The position numbers and the translations under genes were made by a program. Of a stretch of 43,666 nt of DNA, positions 1 through 12,000 are shown one piece after another. The notes beneath the pieces are model-generated. The model ran no database searches. It was not told the DNA's origin and saw only the letters and a program-made list of their open reading frames with translations. Numbering within the stretch: the first letter of the stretch is position 1; each line of letters opens with the position of its first letter. The stretch spans positions 1 through 43,666 of IMG/VR virus record IMGVR_UViG_3300020042_011598; one strand, written 5' to 3'. The stretch is from a virus (taxonomy: Duplodnaviria > Caudoviricetes).

Positions 1-3000
1 CCGGTAAAAATTGGTCCCACGAATACCAGACTCAATGCGTTTTGTTGTGCAGTATCGTTCCAGGTGGTCACAGCAATCACGTCATTAACGTTGAGTGCAG
101 ATATAATCTGCAATGATTGGCCAACTACATCAAAGTTTGCCTGGGTATTTACTGTGATCAAGATTCTTGATCCACTAGCAGGTGGAGATGTAAACACAAC
201 CTGTCGTCCAGGCGTGTTTGACCCTGTCCAGTTTGTGACACTGTATGATCCCACTGTTGCACCCACGCTCTGAACTTGCAGGATGTTGTCAACCCAGACC
301 ACAACGTCAGTGGGTGCATTGATAATGTTTTGTTGATATCCACCTCGTTGCGGCAACCCAAAGCTGACACTTGAATCGTCACCCAACCATTCAATGCCCT
401 CTGGGGGCGTTAGACGCAGACCGTTGCGGGTAACAATCATGTTGACTGGGTTGGTGCCACCTGCATTGTTGGTTAAAGCAAATGTTTTTGTGGTGGTCTG
501 TGCAGACGAAACCACAAAATACTGCACCTGTGGTGTACTCCAGCTGTAGGTTGTGGTTGCTTTGCCTGTTCCGCTGCCAATACCAGTCGCAGTAAACACA
601 GTGCCCACAGTGTTAGTTGCGGCCCCCACAGCAACAAAGTTGGTGGTACCTACAGTAGAAATAGTGTACTGTTGACCAATTACAAAATAGCCAGCCAACA
701 CAGTAGTCAGTCCCAGGGCAGTCAACGAAATACCTGATCCAGGAACGGGACTATAACCAAAATCAACTTGTGATTCCAGGGTAGGTACAAACAGCAGCCA
801 GTAGACCACATCAGTAATGGCCACACCCTGTGGTACTGCCTGGATTGCTCGATAATACTCGGATCCTGTAATTGCAGTGCTTGGTACTGTTTGAGAAATA
901 TTAACAGTATATCTTCCAATTCCGCCAAGAGTTTCACCAGATAATAACGGAGTAATTTGACTCACTACACTGGTACCCGATTCTACTAGATTTCCAAGAA
1001 TATATTGACCTGCTGCAATATACCCAGAAGTCAATGCTGTTATATATAATGTGGTTCCTGATATTGAACCTGTGGTCAGTAGTTGAACATTGACAACATC
1101 CAGTTTGTCATAAGTGTCAAGAATATTCCAGTTTGCGCTGTCTATGTATGGCTCCCAGGTAACTCCGCTAATGGCTTCGCCGTCAACCAGCACAGCCAGG
1201 ATGTTGATTTCTGCGCTGTTGACTGGAATAACAACTGTTTGACCAGTGGTACTGCCTGTATAGTTGGCACGATACAACTGATTGCCGCCACCTAGTTCGT
1301 ACACGCTGATGTTGATACCATCACCATCAGCCACTGTGAGCAGAGTAATAGTTTGATCTTCCCACTCAACTGAGTAGTCTATTCCACTGGTCAGATCTAG
1401 TCCGGTAGTTTGATTGCTGACCAGAATCTGCACCGGATGTTCAACCACTCCGGCCCAGCTGTAGACATCAGTAACTGCTGCTTCATAGGTGTAGCGTATG
1501 CTGGTCAACTGGAATCCATGTCCATCGCGATTCCAGTCTGCGCCTGGACGAGTGTACACTCGCATGTCCAGGGTGTCAAATTCAGCACCGTTGACCAATT
1601 CTTCAGGAGCATGTCCTTCGTACAGTCCTATGAACTGGCCACCATCCGCATTGATGCTGGTAGGCAAGGTGCCCAGGGTCAGGTCTGTAAATTCGCTGGT
1701 GTAATCTGCGTCCACGGCCAGTGGATCACGCAGAAAATAATCACCATACACTTGCACACCAGGATAACCAACTCCGTCAATCAACAGTGGCAATTCAAGT
1801 CCAGGTTGATTCACACCCGGAACATACAAGCCCATGGTGCGGTCAACGCCGGTTAGTCCATAAGGTCCAGTGCCGTAGTTGAACGTAGCAGCATTGACCT
1901 CAACCCAGTCTTCAAGATTGAACGTTGGCCCTACAACCGCAGTGCTGGTGCTGCTGGCAGCTTGCCAAACACGGTCAACGTATCGAACCAACTCACCGTC
2001 TTGGTATGTTCCATTGGTGTTCCAGTCTCTTACGTCTGAGAAATATTGGAAACGGTCATAACGCATCACAGTACGGAAAGACCTTGCCAGGGTATAAGAT
2101 TCCACAGTAGTTGGAACAGCAGAAGCATTGTATACTTGACCACTGCCTTGTCCGTTTACCACAGCATAATATTCTGCGCCAGTACCATTGCCGCCGGTGA
2201 TTGTGATTGCGGGTGCAGCGCGATAGCCAGAACCTTTTCGAATCATTTCAACAGCTACCACTTGGCCCAGACTGTTGATTACTGCTATTCCTGTTGCAGC
2301 TACACCTGCATAACTCAGAGTTGCTGTACCATCTGTTTGTGATCCGCTAGTGAACAGCGGTGCAATTGTTCCGGTAGTGCCGTTAGCAGTTACAGTGTAC
2401 AAATTATCAACATAGAAGATTTGTTGTCCTGATATAATTGCAGTTGACGCTGTCCACTCGGTGCCAAATATCACCGTTGGTGTTGTAGTATAGCCAGATC
2501 CTTGATTGACCATTCTGGCACTTTCAATACTCAACCAATGGTTGTTGTACCATTGTGAGTACGGCCAATTGTTCCAGATAGTGCTAGCTGCTGATGCATC
2601 ACTGGCAGAGTTAATAGTTGAGTTAAAGGCAGTGCCAGCATTGTATGGCAACAACACTGGGCTGATATACTTTGGAATTTCCAGTGTGGTATCATAATAT
2701 GCTGGTACATCAAAGTCTGTTAGGTCGCCTTGAGAACTGTCAAAACCAGTGTACTTGAGATTGAACTCACGCACCTGCACATGATATGGTTTGACTTCTT
2801 GAATGTAATCGCTTACAAATTCTTGATTGTCACGCACATAGTTTTGATACGGCAGCAGTTGACGAATTCTGTGATCCACATCGATTAGACTGGTTTTTAC
2901 TAGCCACTCAGGGGCAGCAAACTCGCTCAACACAAAGTTAAACATTAGTACCAGAGCTCGGTTGCGCTCAAGGGCTAGATCATCAACAAACAGTTCTTGA

Positions 3001-6000
3001 TTGATAGCTTGTATAATCTTGCGAGTTTCTGTTACAGGTTCTTGATCATAGTATTGCGCATCAAACACTTCAATATCAAATCCAAATCGTCCCACAGCAT
3101 AGTCCCAGAGTTCGCTGGAGAATGCAATTGTGCCATCTTGTAGTCCCACACGTTCATACCCCAGGTCGGTCAACAAATATATTTCCCACTTGCCTTGTGC
3201 ATTGGCGGTGACTTTGACGCTGCTGCCCACTGGCACATTGATTGCACCCAGAGCAGAGTATGTTACCACTTGTGTTATAATTTTGGTACTGGAATTGTAG
3301 CCCGGGCGGTACCAGTTGATGTAACTCCAGTAATCTGCTGTATTGTATCCCTGCACACGGGTAAGAATCAGTTCTCGAACACCAGGGGTAGTGTCACTGG
3401 TAGTCACAGTGTAAATTGTCCATAGTCCCCGATTATCACTGTCTGTTACTACCAGATATTTGTAGCCCAGGGCCACAGTGTAGATATTCTGGAATCCTAG
3501 GATCTCCAGGTTGGCAACTCGCAGATTCCATAGCCCTGAATTAGCAGTTGGTTCGGGTTCTGAAGAGTTCAACAGATTAAAACTGCGACTTTCGGTAATG
3601 GGATACTGTGCCAGCACAGTATTGGCATGAGTCAGATAGTTGCGCAGTGCTTCAAAGCGGTCTGTAAACATTGACTGGCGTGGGCGGAATTGCACACCGT
3701 ATTGTTCAGCTGGTCCTAGATTGGGATCTGGAACTTGGTTACCAAATGTGTCAACTCCGCAGAAACTGTCTTGTAGTTTGCGATACAGGTTGTCACTCAA
3801 GAATCCATTGGCACGATCTTGTGCAATTAATTCATATTCAGTATGCACGTTGTCATTGGTCAATTCTCGATCAAACTCAATACTGATCACAGTGTCACTG
3901 GCTTCAATGTAGTCCCCAGAATTGTACAACGCAATTGTACTGGCGTTGATTGGGGCCATGAAGGGGATGCCACTGGCCTTGGGATCAGCAATGTAACTGG
4001 CCACAGTGGATGCTGGCAGAGTCTTGTTGATTTTTGTGGATGTTGTGGTAATGCCGCGCACCCAGAAATAGTATTCTGTGGCAAACGTACCATCCTTGGT
4101 CAGTCGAGTGTTCACAGTGTAGGACAAAGACGACAACGGTGTGCCTTCTCCTGTGTAGTTAGCAGGAGCCACTGGGCTCACAATCCACTGATACACATCA
4201 ACAACACTGCCTGGGAACAACTGACTCCAACGACGGCTGGCATACACAATGCTGTCTTGATTGGGGTCAATAAATCTTACTGACGAAATATCCCACCAAA
4301 TTTCGCCCACATGATCTGTATTCCAGGTGGTGCCACGAATGTTTGTTGGTCCCACGTTGTATGCTGCTGGATCAATTGCACCAATGTAGTCTATGTTTTG
4401 GCGAGCTGCACCAAGAATCTTGCCTTGCAGTGGATTGATAAAATCCAAGAACTCAGATGTTGCTCTGGTTACTCGATCGTACAAGAACACAGAGTTCAGC
4501 AATCTCACGTCTACCACAGGTTGTTGCTGTTCCAACACAGTCCAAGCAAGAGCACGAGTGGGATTTTCAAACACAAATACTGCGCCGAAATCTGCTGTGC
4601 TGTCTCCAGAATCATTCTTGGGGGCGCCGACCATGAGCACACCAGATGTGTAATTGACTGCTGTGCCAAACCCGTCCAGGGGCTGCACATTGCTGTTGGT
4701 AATTTGATCGCCAAACACAAATTTGCCTGGATTGTTTATGTTGGATGTTGAGCTAGGCAAGTAATCGTATGTGTATACTGCGCCGCTTTGAGTGATCACA
4801 GTAAAGAACACTGTGCTGCCAGCGTCAAATATTGTGGTGCCATCATCAAACACAGTTTCAAGATACAAGCTGCCTGTTGGCGCACCAACCACAAGGTTAA
4901 TTGCACTGTTGTCTATACCAACACTGGAACCAAACCCGCTGAATTCTACTGGGTAAGGACTGAGAATAGTTTGTGTCCATGCATATGTATCAAACCCCAA
5001 GGTAGTAAATGTTGTTCCAACTGTGCCGGGTGCTACGGTAACTTTGTCTAGAGCTGCGGCTGCTGCCGAGTTCTTGACTCCAATGGTCAAATATCCAGTG
5101 GCGTCAACTGTGGCCAACACATTGGGTACCGTCACATTGATCTGTGCAGCAAGAGCACGTACTTCCACGCTGGCTGCAACTGTGGTAGTCGACACCACAG
5201 TCCAATAAGCAGTGTTGGTTATCAATGTTGACACTGGTACAGCCTGGGCTGCCACATAAATTGTAGTGGTTGTGGTCACAGCATTGTAGACCACTGTGTT
5301 TTTGTCGTAGGTTACAGAGTTGGACCAAGCCGCAGGAACCACAACATCCATGTCATTGATACGAATAGTATTGCCGCTGGTGAGATTTGCATTGGCCACT
5401 GTGTTGGTAATTGTGCCATAGATTTTGCTTTGATTTACAAAACGTTCAACCACACCACCTTTGTAGATTTGCACACTGCTTTGAGGCTCGCCTATGTACA
5501 AACTGCAATTGTTGGCACAAAGGTCTAGTGCCTGGCCAAAGTTTGAAAAATCTGCTACTGTCTGTTGATCAACTTGTTGTAGTTGTTGGAACTGGTTGGT
5601 TTCAATTTCAATTATGTCACCAATCTGCAGATCAGCATTGATAGTCACCACATCACCAGCAATGGTGAATGAGTTGGCTGCATTGATCACGCTGTCGGTT
5701 TGATTGATCAAGAATTGATTGTTCACAATCACACTAACAGGACCAGTTGGGGTACCACCTAACACTGTGAATGTGATGCTGGATGTGTCTGTGCCGTAGA
5801 TGAATCGTTGTACATTGCGATCAAACACATACACTGTGCCTGCTTCGGCTAGAGCATCAATGGTACGGTACGGTGCACCAATCATGACCTGACGACCATC
5901 TGTGCTGCACGATACTGACTGTCCAAATCTATCACCGGCAGTGAGTCCACCTGTGACCGAGGCGGTGTCAATGGTGTCTACATATTCAAAATAGCTGCCA

Positions 6001-9000
6001 GCAAATGCTACCACAACGTCAGTTGATATACGTGCAGTAATAAATGTTACTGTGGTACCTGAAAACGTGTAGTCAATATTGGGACGCCATAGATCTTCGT
6101 TGACCTTGATACTGAACGAATATATGCTGTCGACAGTGAACAAGCCCACGCTATTTCCACTTGCATCAGTGTCATTGGCCAAGTTGAATGTTGCGTCATT
6201 GTAGGGAATCTGGAAGCTGTTGTATCTTGCAAATTCAATTAGTACCGAAGCTAAAACTGTTCCTGTGCCTGTGCCCGCTGCTGTGGCCACAAATTCAACA
6301 CCAATTGTATTGCTGGCTGCACCAATTAGAGTGTAATTGGTATCACCAACTGTTAAAATTGTGTAGATTTCCCCGGGTACAATTGCTGTTGCTGTAAACA
6401 CACCTGGTGGTGTTGTAAGTCTTACTTCACTGAAGTTATTAACAATAGTATAAGTTGCGCCGTAAGTTTGAATTTGTCCATTAAAGGTCACTTTCAATTG
6501 GCTGTTGTTATTAACTTGTATCTTGGAGTTTATATTATAAACTGTGGTTGCGCCGTCGGCTGTGGTCTTGATTGATTGATTTTCCCAGTCAACCCGACCA
6601 TATGCATGAACTGAATTCAATCCAGGTGCGCCAATATACATCCAACGTTCGTCGAGACTCACAACCACTGAGTAGCCAAATTCTCCTGCGCCTGTGAGCA
6701 ATGTGCCATAACCAGAGGGCTGTGTCAACAGTTGCCATTGTGCATAAGGAATAACTCCGGGCTGGCCCAGTGCTGGATCACGATATATCACAGAGACATA
6801 TCCATTATTGGCTTGGCTGCCTGCTCCTAGACTCTTGCTGGCGCCAGCTGCGGCCCAGGTTTGATTTCCAAAGTCCACAGCATTACCGTATCCGCGCACA
6901 CCGGGCACATCCAGGGTTAGTATACCATCCCCGCTAGATATTGGGCTTACGGGGCTGTATTGATCGCCATAGTTCTTGACATACACATACACTGCACCTG
7001 TTTCGGTTCCTGATCCAAATCCATATTTGGGACTACCTACCAAGGCGGCCAGGCGATTCTGTGCCTGAGCAATGCTGACACCATATTGTTCGCCTGCATC
7101 CAGCAGCACAGGGTTCAATTCCACAACATCCGAGAATACCGAATTCTTTTGCAGCACTTGCCATAGCCCGTCTCCGTTGTCGTCTACCCAGACCTTGGCG
7201 CCGGGCAAGATGTTGTTGGCATAAGGTAAATTGAGCACATCGCTGGCCTGTGCCACACGCATGGTCTTGAGTGTGAATCCCAGCCCTGTTCCATTGGCCA
7301 CAACTCTGTCACCAGTGAATGCAAACGCAATGTTCACTGTGGTCAAATTGGCCACACTTAACACCTGGTAAACTCCGTTGATCTCTATGTCAAAGAACTT
7401 GATGATCAGTTTGTCGCCAGCGGCAAGACCGTGTTGAGTACTGAAAATTACTCTGCTGGTACCGTCTAGGTTGTCGCAAACGTGCTGTATGATTCCAGGC
7501 ACAGCCTGGGCACGATAGATGTTCCAGTCGTAGTTGTTAATCTTGGCTACCCAGACACTGGTACCAACTTTGATTGAGTCAATGTTGGCGCTCAAGCTGG
7601 CAGAATCCACAATGTCAAACACTGTGATATCAGCATCATCCAGGTTCACATAGCCGGCAGTGGGCAGGCCAATGTCAGTGGGCAGAGTGGTGGTGGTTGG
7701 TAAAATGTCAGTGCTGGTCAACTTGTAGCTTTGACGCCACACATCACTTAGCAAGATTTGTTGGTCAGCTTCGCTAACTTGTTGTGGTACTACCACTTGC
7801 ACTAGACTAGGGTTGGCATCAAGCAATGCACGGTTTAATCGCAGTTCAAAAAAGCTGCGGTTAGCGTTGGCACCGTATACAGCACGTTGGACTGCCCAGT
7901 TTTCATAGATGTCATAGTCAGCAGCTTCTTTGCCCAGGTTGGCCTGTTTGAACAATTCAGCAGATAAAATTGTGCCTTTTGAGCCTAAGAATTGACGGTA
8001 CACATTGACCTGACTCACGTCGTCAAGATTCAGCGCCGCCATGTACTGTCGTGGATGAAAACCAATCAGGCCGTAGCTGAGTAAATCGTTGTCAGTTTCA
8101 ATATTGGCTGCATTGATGTCGTAGCTGTTGGCCAATTGATTTGCTTTGTTGGCCAGATTAGGTAACAATCCCAGCTCAGTTTGTGTGTAATCGCTTTGAG
8201 TCCAGACATCAAAATCAAATGTTTCTGACGGTTGTACAATTTTTAGTGCAGACCAATAGACATTTTTATATTTGACAATCTGACCTTTGGTATACACTCG
8301 CAAACCGGTCCATTCTTCTACATTGTCTTGGTTGAGAATAAAGCCCGGGGCATCAACCGACCCATTCCAGTCACCGCTGGTCACAGCCACAAGATTCAGT
8401 CTGCTTTGTCTTGCTCCAGTGGTCGGATCGTATATGAGATCACCAAACACACTTTGATTGCTCAGCACAATCATGTGTTCATAATTGGTAAAGCGCATGT
8501 TGATAAAGCTGATACTCTGAGTACTCAAGGGTTCAATACTAAAGGAGTTGCCCAGGCGTACAACATTTAGAGTTCGAGTGGGAAGTTCTCTGGAATTTTG
8601 ATCCAACAGCAAGTTTTCAGTGGTCTCTGTTCGTATACTGTCAACCACAGCCTGTGCTTTAGTCACACTGAGTTTACTTGCCAAGGGATTGATGTTGATA
8701 ATGGCATCTGTGTCCCAGCCTTGTTGGCTCCAGTACAAGAATTCGTTGACCATTCTTGGCCAGTCTAGCACATAACCATTGGCCATGTTGTCAAACGCAA
8801 GCCCTTGTTGCTCGAGCAGTTTACCATAGCTCAACAAGAAGTCTGCTACACTGGTTTCATTGCTGAACACAAATCCATATGGTACTTGTGTTACAGTATC
8901 AGTATAAAATGTTGGTACACGAACTGTGATGCCACCCGAACTGTATGTTTGTAACTTGCCGTTGGGATAACTTTGCAGCACCTTAAAATATGGCTGTGCA

Positions 9001-12000
9001 TTGCCGTACCCAAACACAGCATATCCGCCTGTGACTTTTTGTACAGCTACGCTGGAGTAAATGATCTGATCAAAAGGCTGATTCTTGTACAACAGGATAT
9101 CGTAGCTTTCGTCAGGAATCATCAAGGCGGTGTTGGTTGAATTGGGGCTGGACTTTTCAGTAAACAACTTGATGTATTGTTTGTCTGAGAAAGATGCCAT
9201 GCGATAGCACAGTCTTACATCTAGACTCTTGAGATCAGCTGTTAGTAGTTTGGTTGAATCAACTCCGGTCTGGCGATTGTAATCGACCAACCAGTTGATG
9301 TAACTGGCTTTTGACACACCGTCGCCATATACTTCTACGCCGTTGGCATCCAGTCGGTAACGATCGTTGTAGAGATACTGTTGATAGTCTTCGTTGTAGC
9401 GATACAAATCACGATCAGCAAACAACGCAAAGAATTTTGCAGGGCGTGTTACTGCCAACATGTGCATGACCGAGAATGGATATGAGCTGGAATTCCACCA
9501 TGATGCTTCCACCGGGCCGCCATCGCCAAGAGTCCAGCTCTTGACAAATTCTGTAGCTGGATTGTAGTTTGGAGGCAATGCACCCACAACACTGTTGAGT
9601 GGACTTAGTAATTCACCTTCAGATCCTGTGGGGATTACGGGCAACATGCTGGGGTATGGACCTGAGCCATACTTTTCAAACCAGATGCCTTCACGCTTGG
9701 GTCCGGCTACCAGGCTAGCAGCTCTGGCAAACTCAGGTTTGAAGTATGGTGTGATAGGATCAGCAACATAACCGGCTGCCAGGTCATCCCACAACACCAA
9801 GTTATCACTGGTATAAGGTGCAGGGCCATAGGTATCTTGCCACCATGTGGGTTCTACGCTGATGCCCAGCATTTCCCAGGGAGTCAAACTTGGTTGTTGA
9901 GTATCGTAGTAGTATCGATAGATACCGCGCCAGGCGCCCAGCAAATTTTGTTTGTCCAGTCGACTTTGTGCCCGGCTATAGTTCCAGGTGAGTTCGTTGT
10001 TGGCTCTGTAATTTTGTTGGCCGTAGTCTAACCGGTTCCAGCCACAATAGCTCAAAAAGTCACTAGCAAAAATAGTATTGATTTCTTCGAAGCTGTAACC
10101 AGTTGAACGAAACTGGCCGGGCAACACATCTTCTACTACAAGTGGTACTGGGTTTCCGTCCAGTTTGAGATTGTTGTAAATTCTTGTTTCAAATTCCAAC
10201 AACACCGCATCACGGATATCACCAAACACTGGAGTGGTACTACCGTCGTGTCCCAGTACAAAATTACTGGTACCGTTACTGGTCACTTGCGGTATAACTG
10301 CTGGTTTCCAGGCCGGATACAAACCAAGTTTGGTTGGCGTGTTGGGTACAAATGAGCCGTATGTGGCCGAGTATTCATTGATGGTAACTACATCACCAAT
10401 GGTCAACGTACTCAGTATTGTGATGCGTGGACCGTCAATGGCCACCGTGTAATCAACTCCACGAGTCAACAGTTGATCATTTAGATATACCAGCAAGCCA
10501 AGATAATTTGCTGAAGTGTAATTGTACACCTGCACAGTATCAAATACTTGAGTGGTAATAAAACTCACAGTGTAGGCGTTGCTGTCTGTGATAACTCCAG
10601 CAGGCAACATGTCACTCCAGTAAAACGGTTGATTATCAAGTTTGCCCAGTGTCACTGACTGCATGGCAGTATCCAGCACCTGTGCTGTGGTGTCAAATCC
10701 AATGTTCTGAGACAGCACAGCGTCCAGCAATTGTGCTTTGAACTTGATATACTCGCGGCTGTTGTATTGCAACGACGCAAAAATATTGTATTCAGGGCTG
10801 CGCATAAAGTAGCCGGCCAGAGTCAGCGGCGCACTTTGTTGCAGAATCACCAGACCGTAAGGAACAATGTCTCCAAGATCTCTAGTGTTGTTGGCACCGT
10901 TGACTGGTCCACTCAAGGTTGTCAAGTTTTCGCAAATACTCTGATAGTGTGTGCGAATTGTGCCCAGGGTGAATGAGCTTGAGTTAGCATTGAGCGGATT
11001 TGATTCAAGGTTGTTGGGCACTTGATAAAATGCCACCTTGCTGGTTTGATCACTCAGCACCAGCACCTCAATAATATCTCCAAGAACATACGTGCCCAAC
11101 AATGTGATTGTGGTACTGTCTGCTGTGGTCACATAAGAGTATGTTGAAGGATCCTGAAATATGCTACCAACATATATTTTAATAACTGGAACAGCAATAG
11201 AAGTTTGTACAATTGGCTCTACATCAAGTTTAAGTGTGGTAGCAGCATAAGAGAACTTAAATTGCTGATAGATTTGCTGCTCTACTGCTGCGGTTTTCCA
11301 TCCAATCAGTTTGTTGTATGTCAAGCGAGAGTCATATTCTCTAGCTGAACCTGAACTGATGTCGTTGGTCACACTCACATTGTCCACAACATACAAGAAT
11401 GTATCCAGGTACAAGTTGTTGTCAAATACAATATCACCAACGTTGTTAATATTCAAATATTGTAATGGAAATTGCAATACTGGATCTAGTACAGAGGTGT
11501 TACCCACAGCATAGCTAAACAATTTACTGCCGCTAAATGTGGTTGACTGATACTTGACACCATCACCAAAGCTGACTCCGTCAACGTCATAGATATTGTA
11601 CAACGGAGCCTGTTGAACCGCAATTTTTTGTTGTGCTTGGGTCCATACTGCTCCATCATACCAAAAAGTCAATCCAGCTAAAGTAGTGCCACTAATACAA
11701 ACAACTGCTTGGTCCAGTAGTACGTCTCCATCCTGAGCCAGCGTTAATACAATAATAGGTTCTGGAATTAGTGGTGGCACAGTGTCGGGTGTGACAAAAC
11801 TTACAACATAAATTTTATCTCGAACAGCACTGTCTTGATCTGCTGCAAATATTACTCGTGTGCCTTCAACAAAAGTGTAGCCATCAACACTGTAACTGGT
11901 CGAGCCTTCAATATTTGAAAATGCATCAGTTTCTTCAAAGTCAAAAATGTCCACAGGTGCTTTGCCTTGTGTGCCCATGTTCCAGAGTCTAATACCTGGA

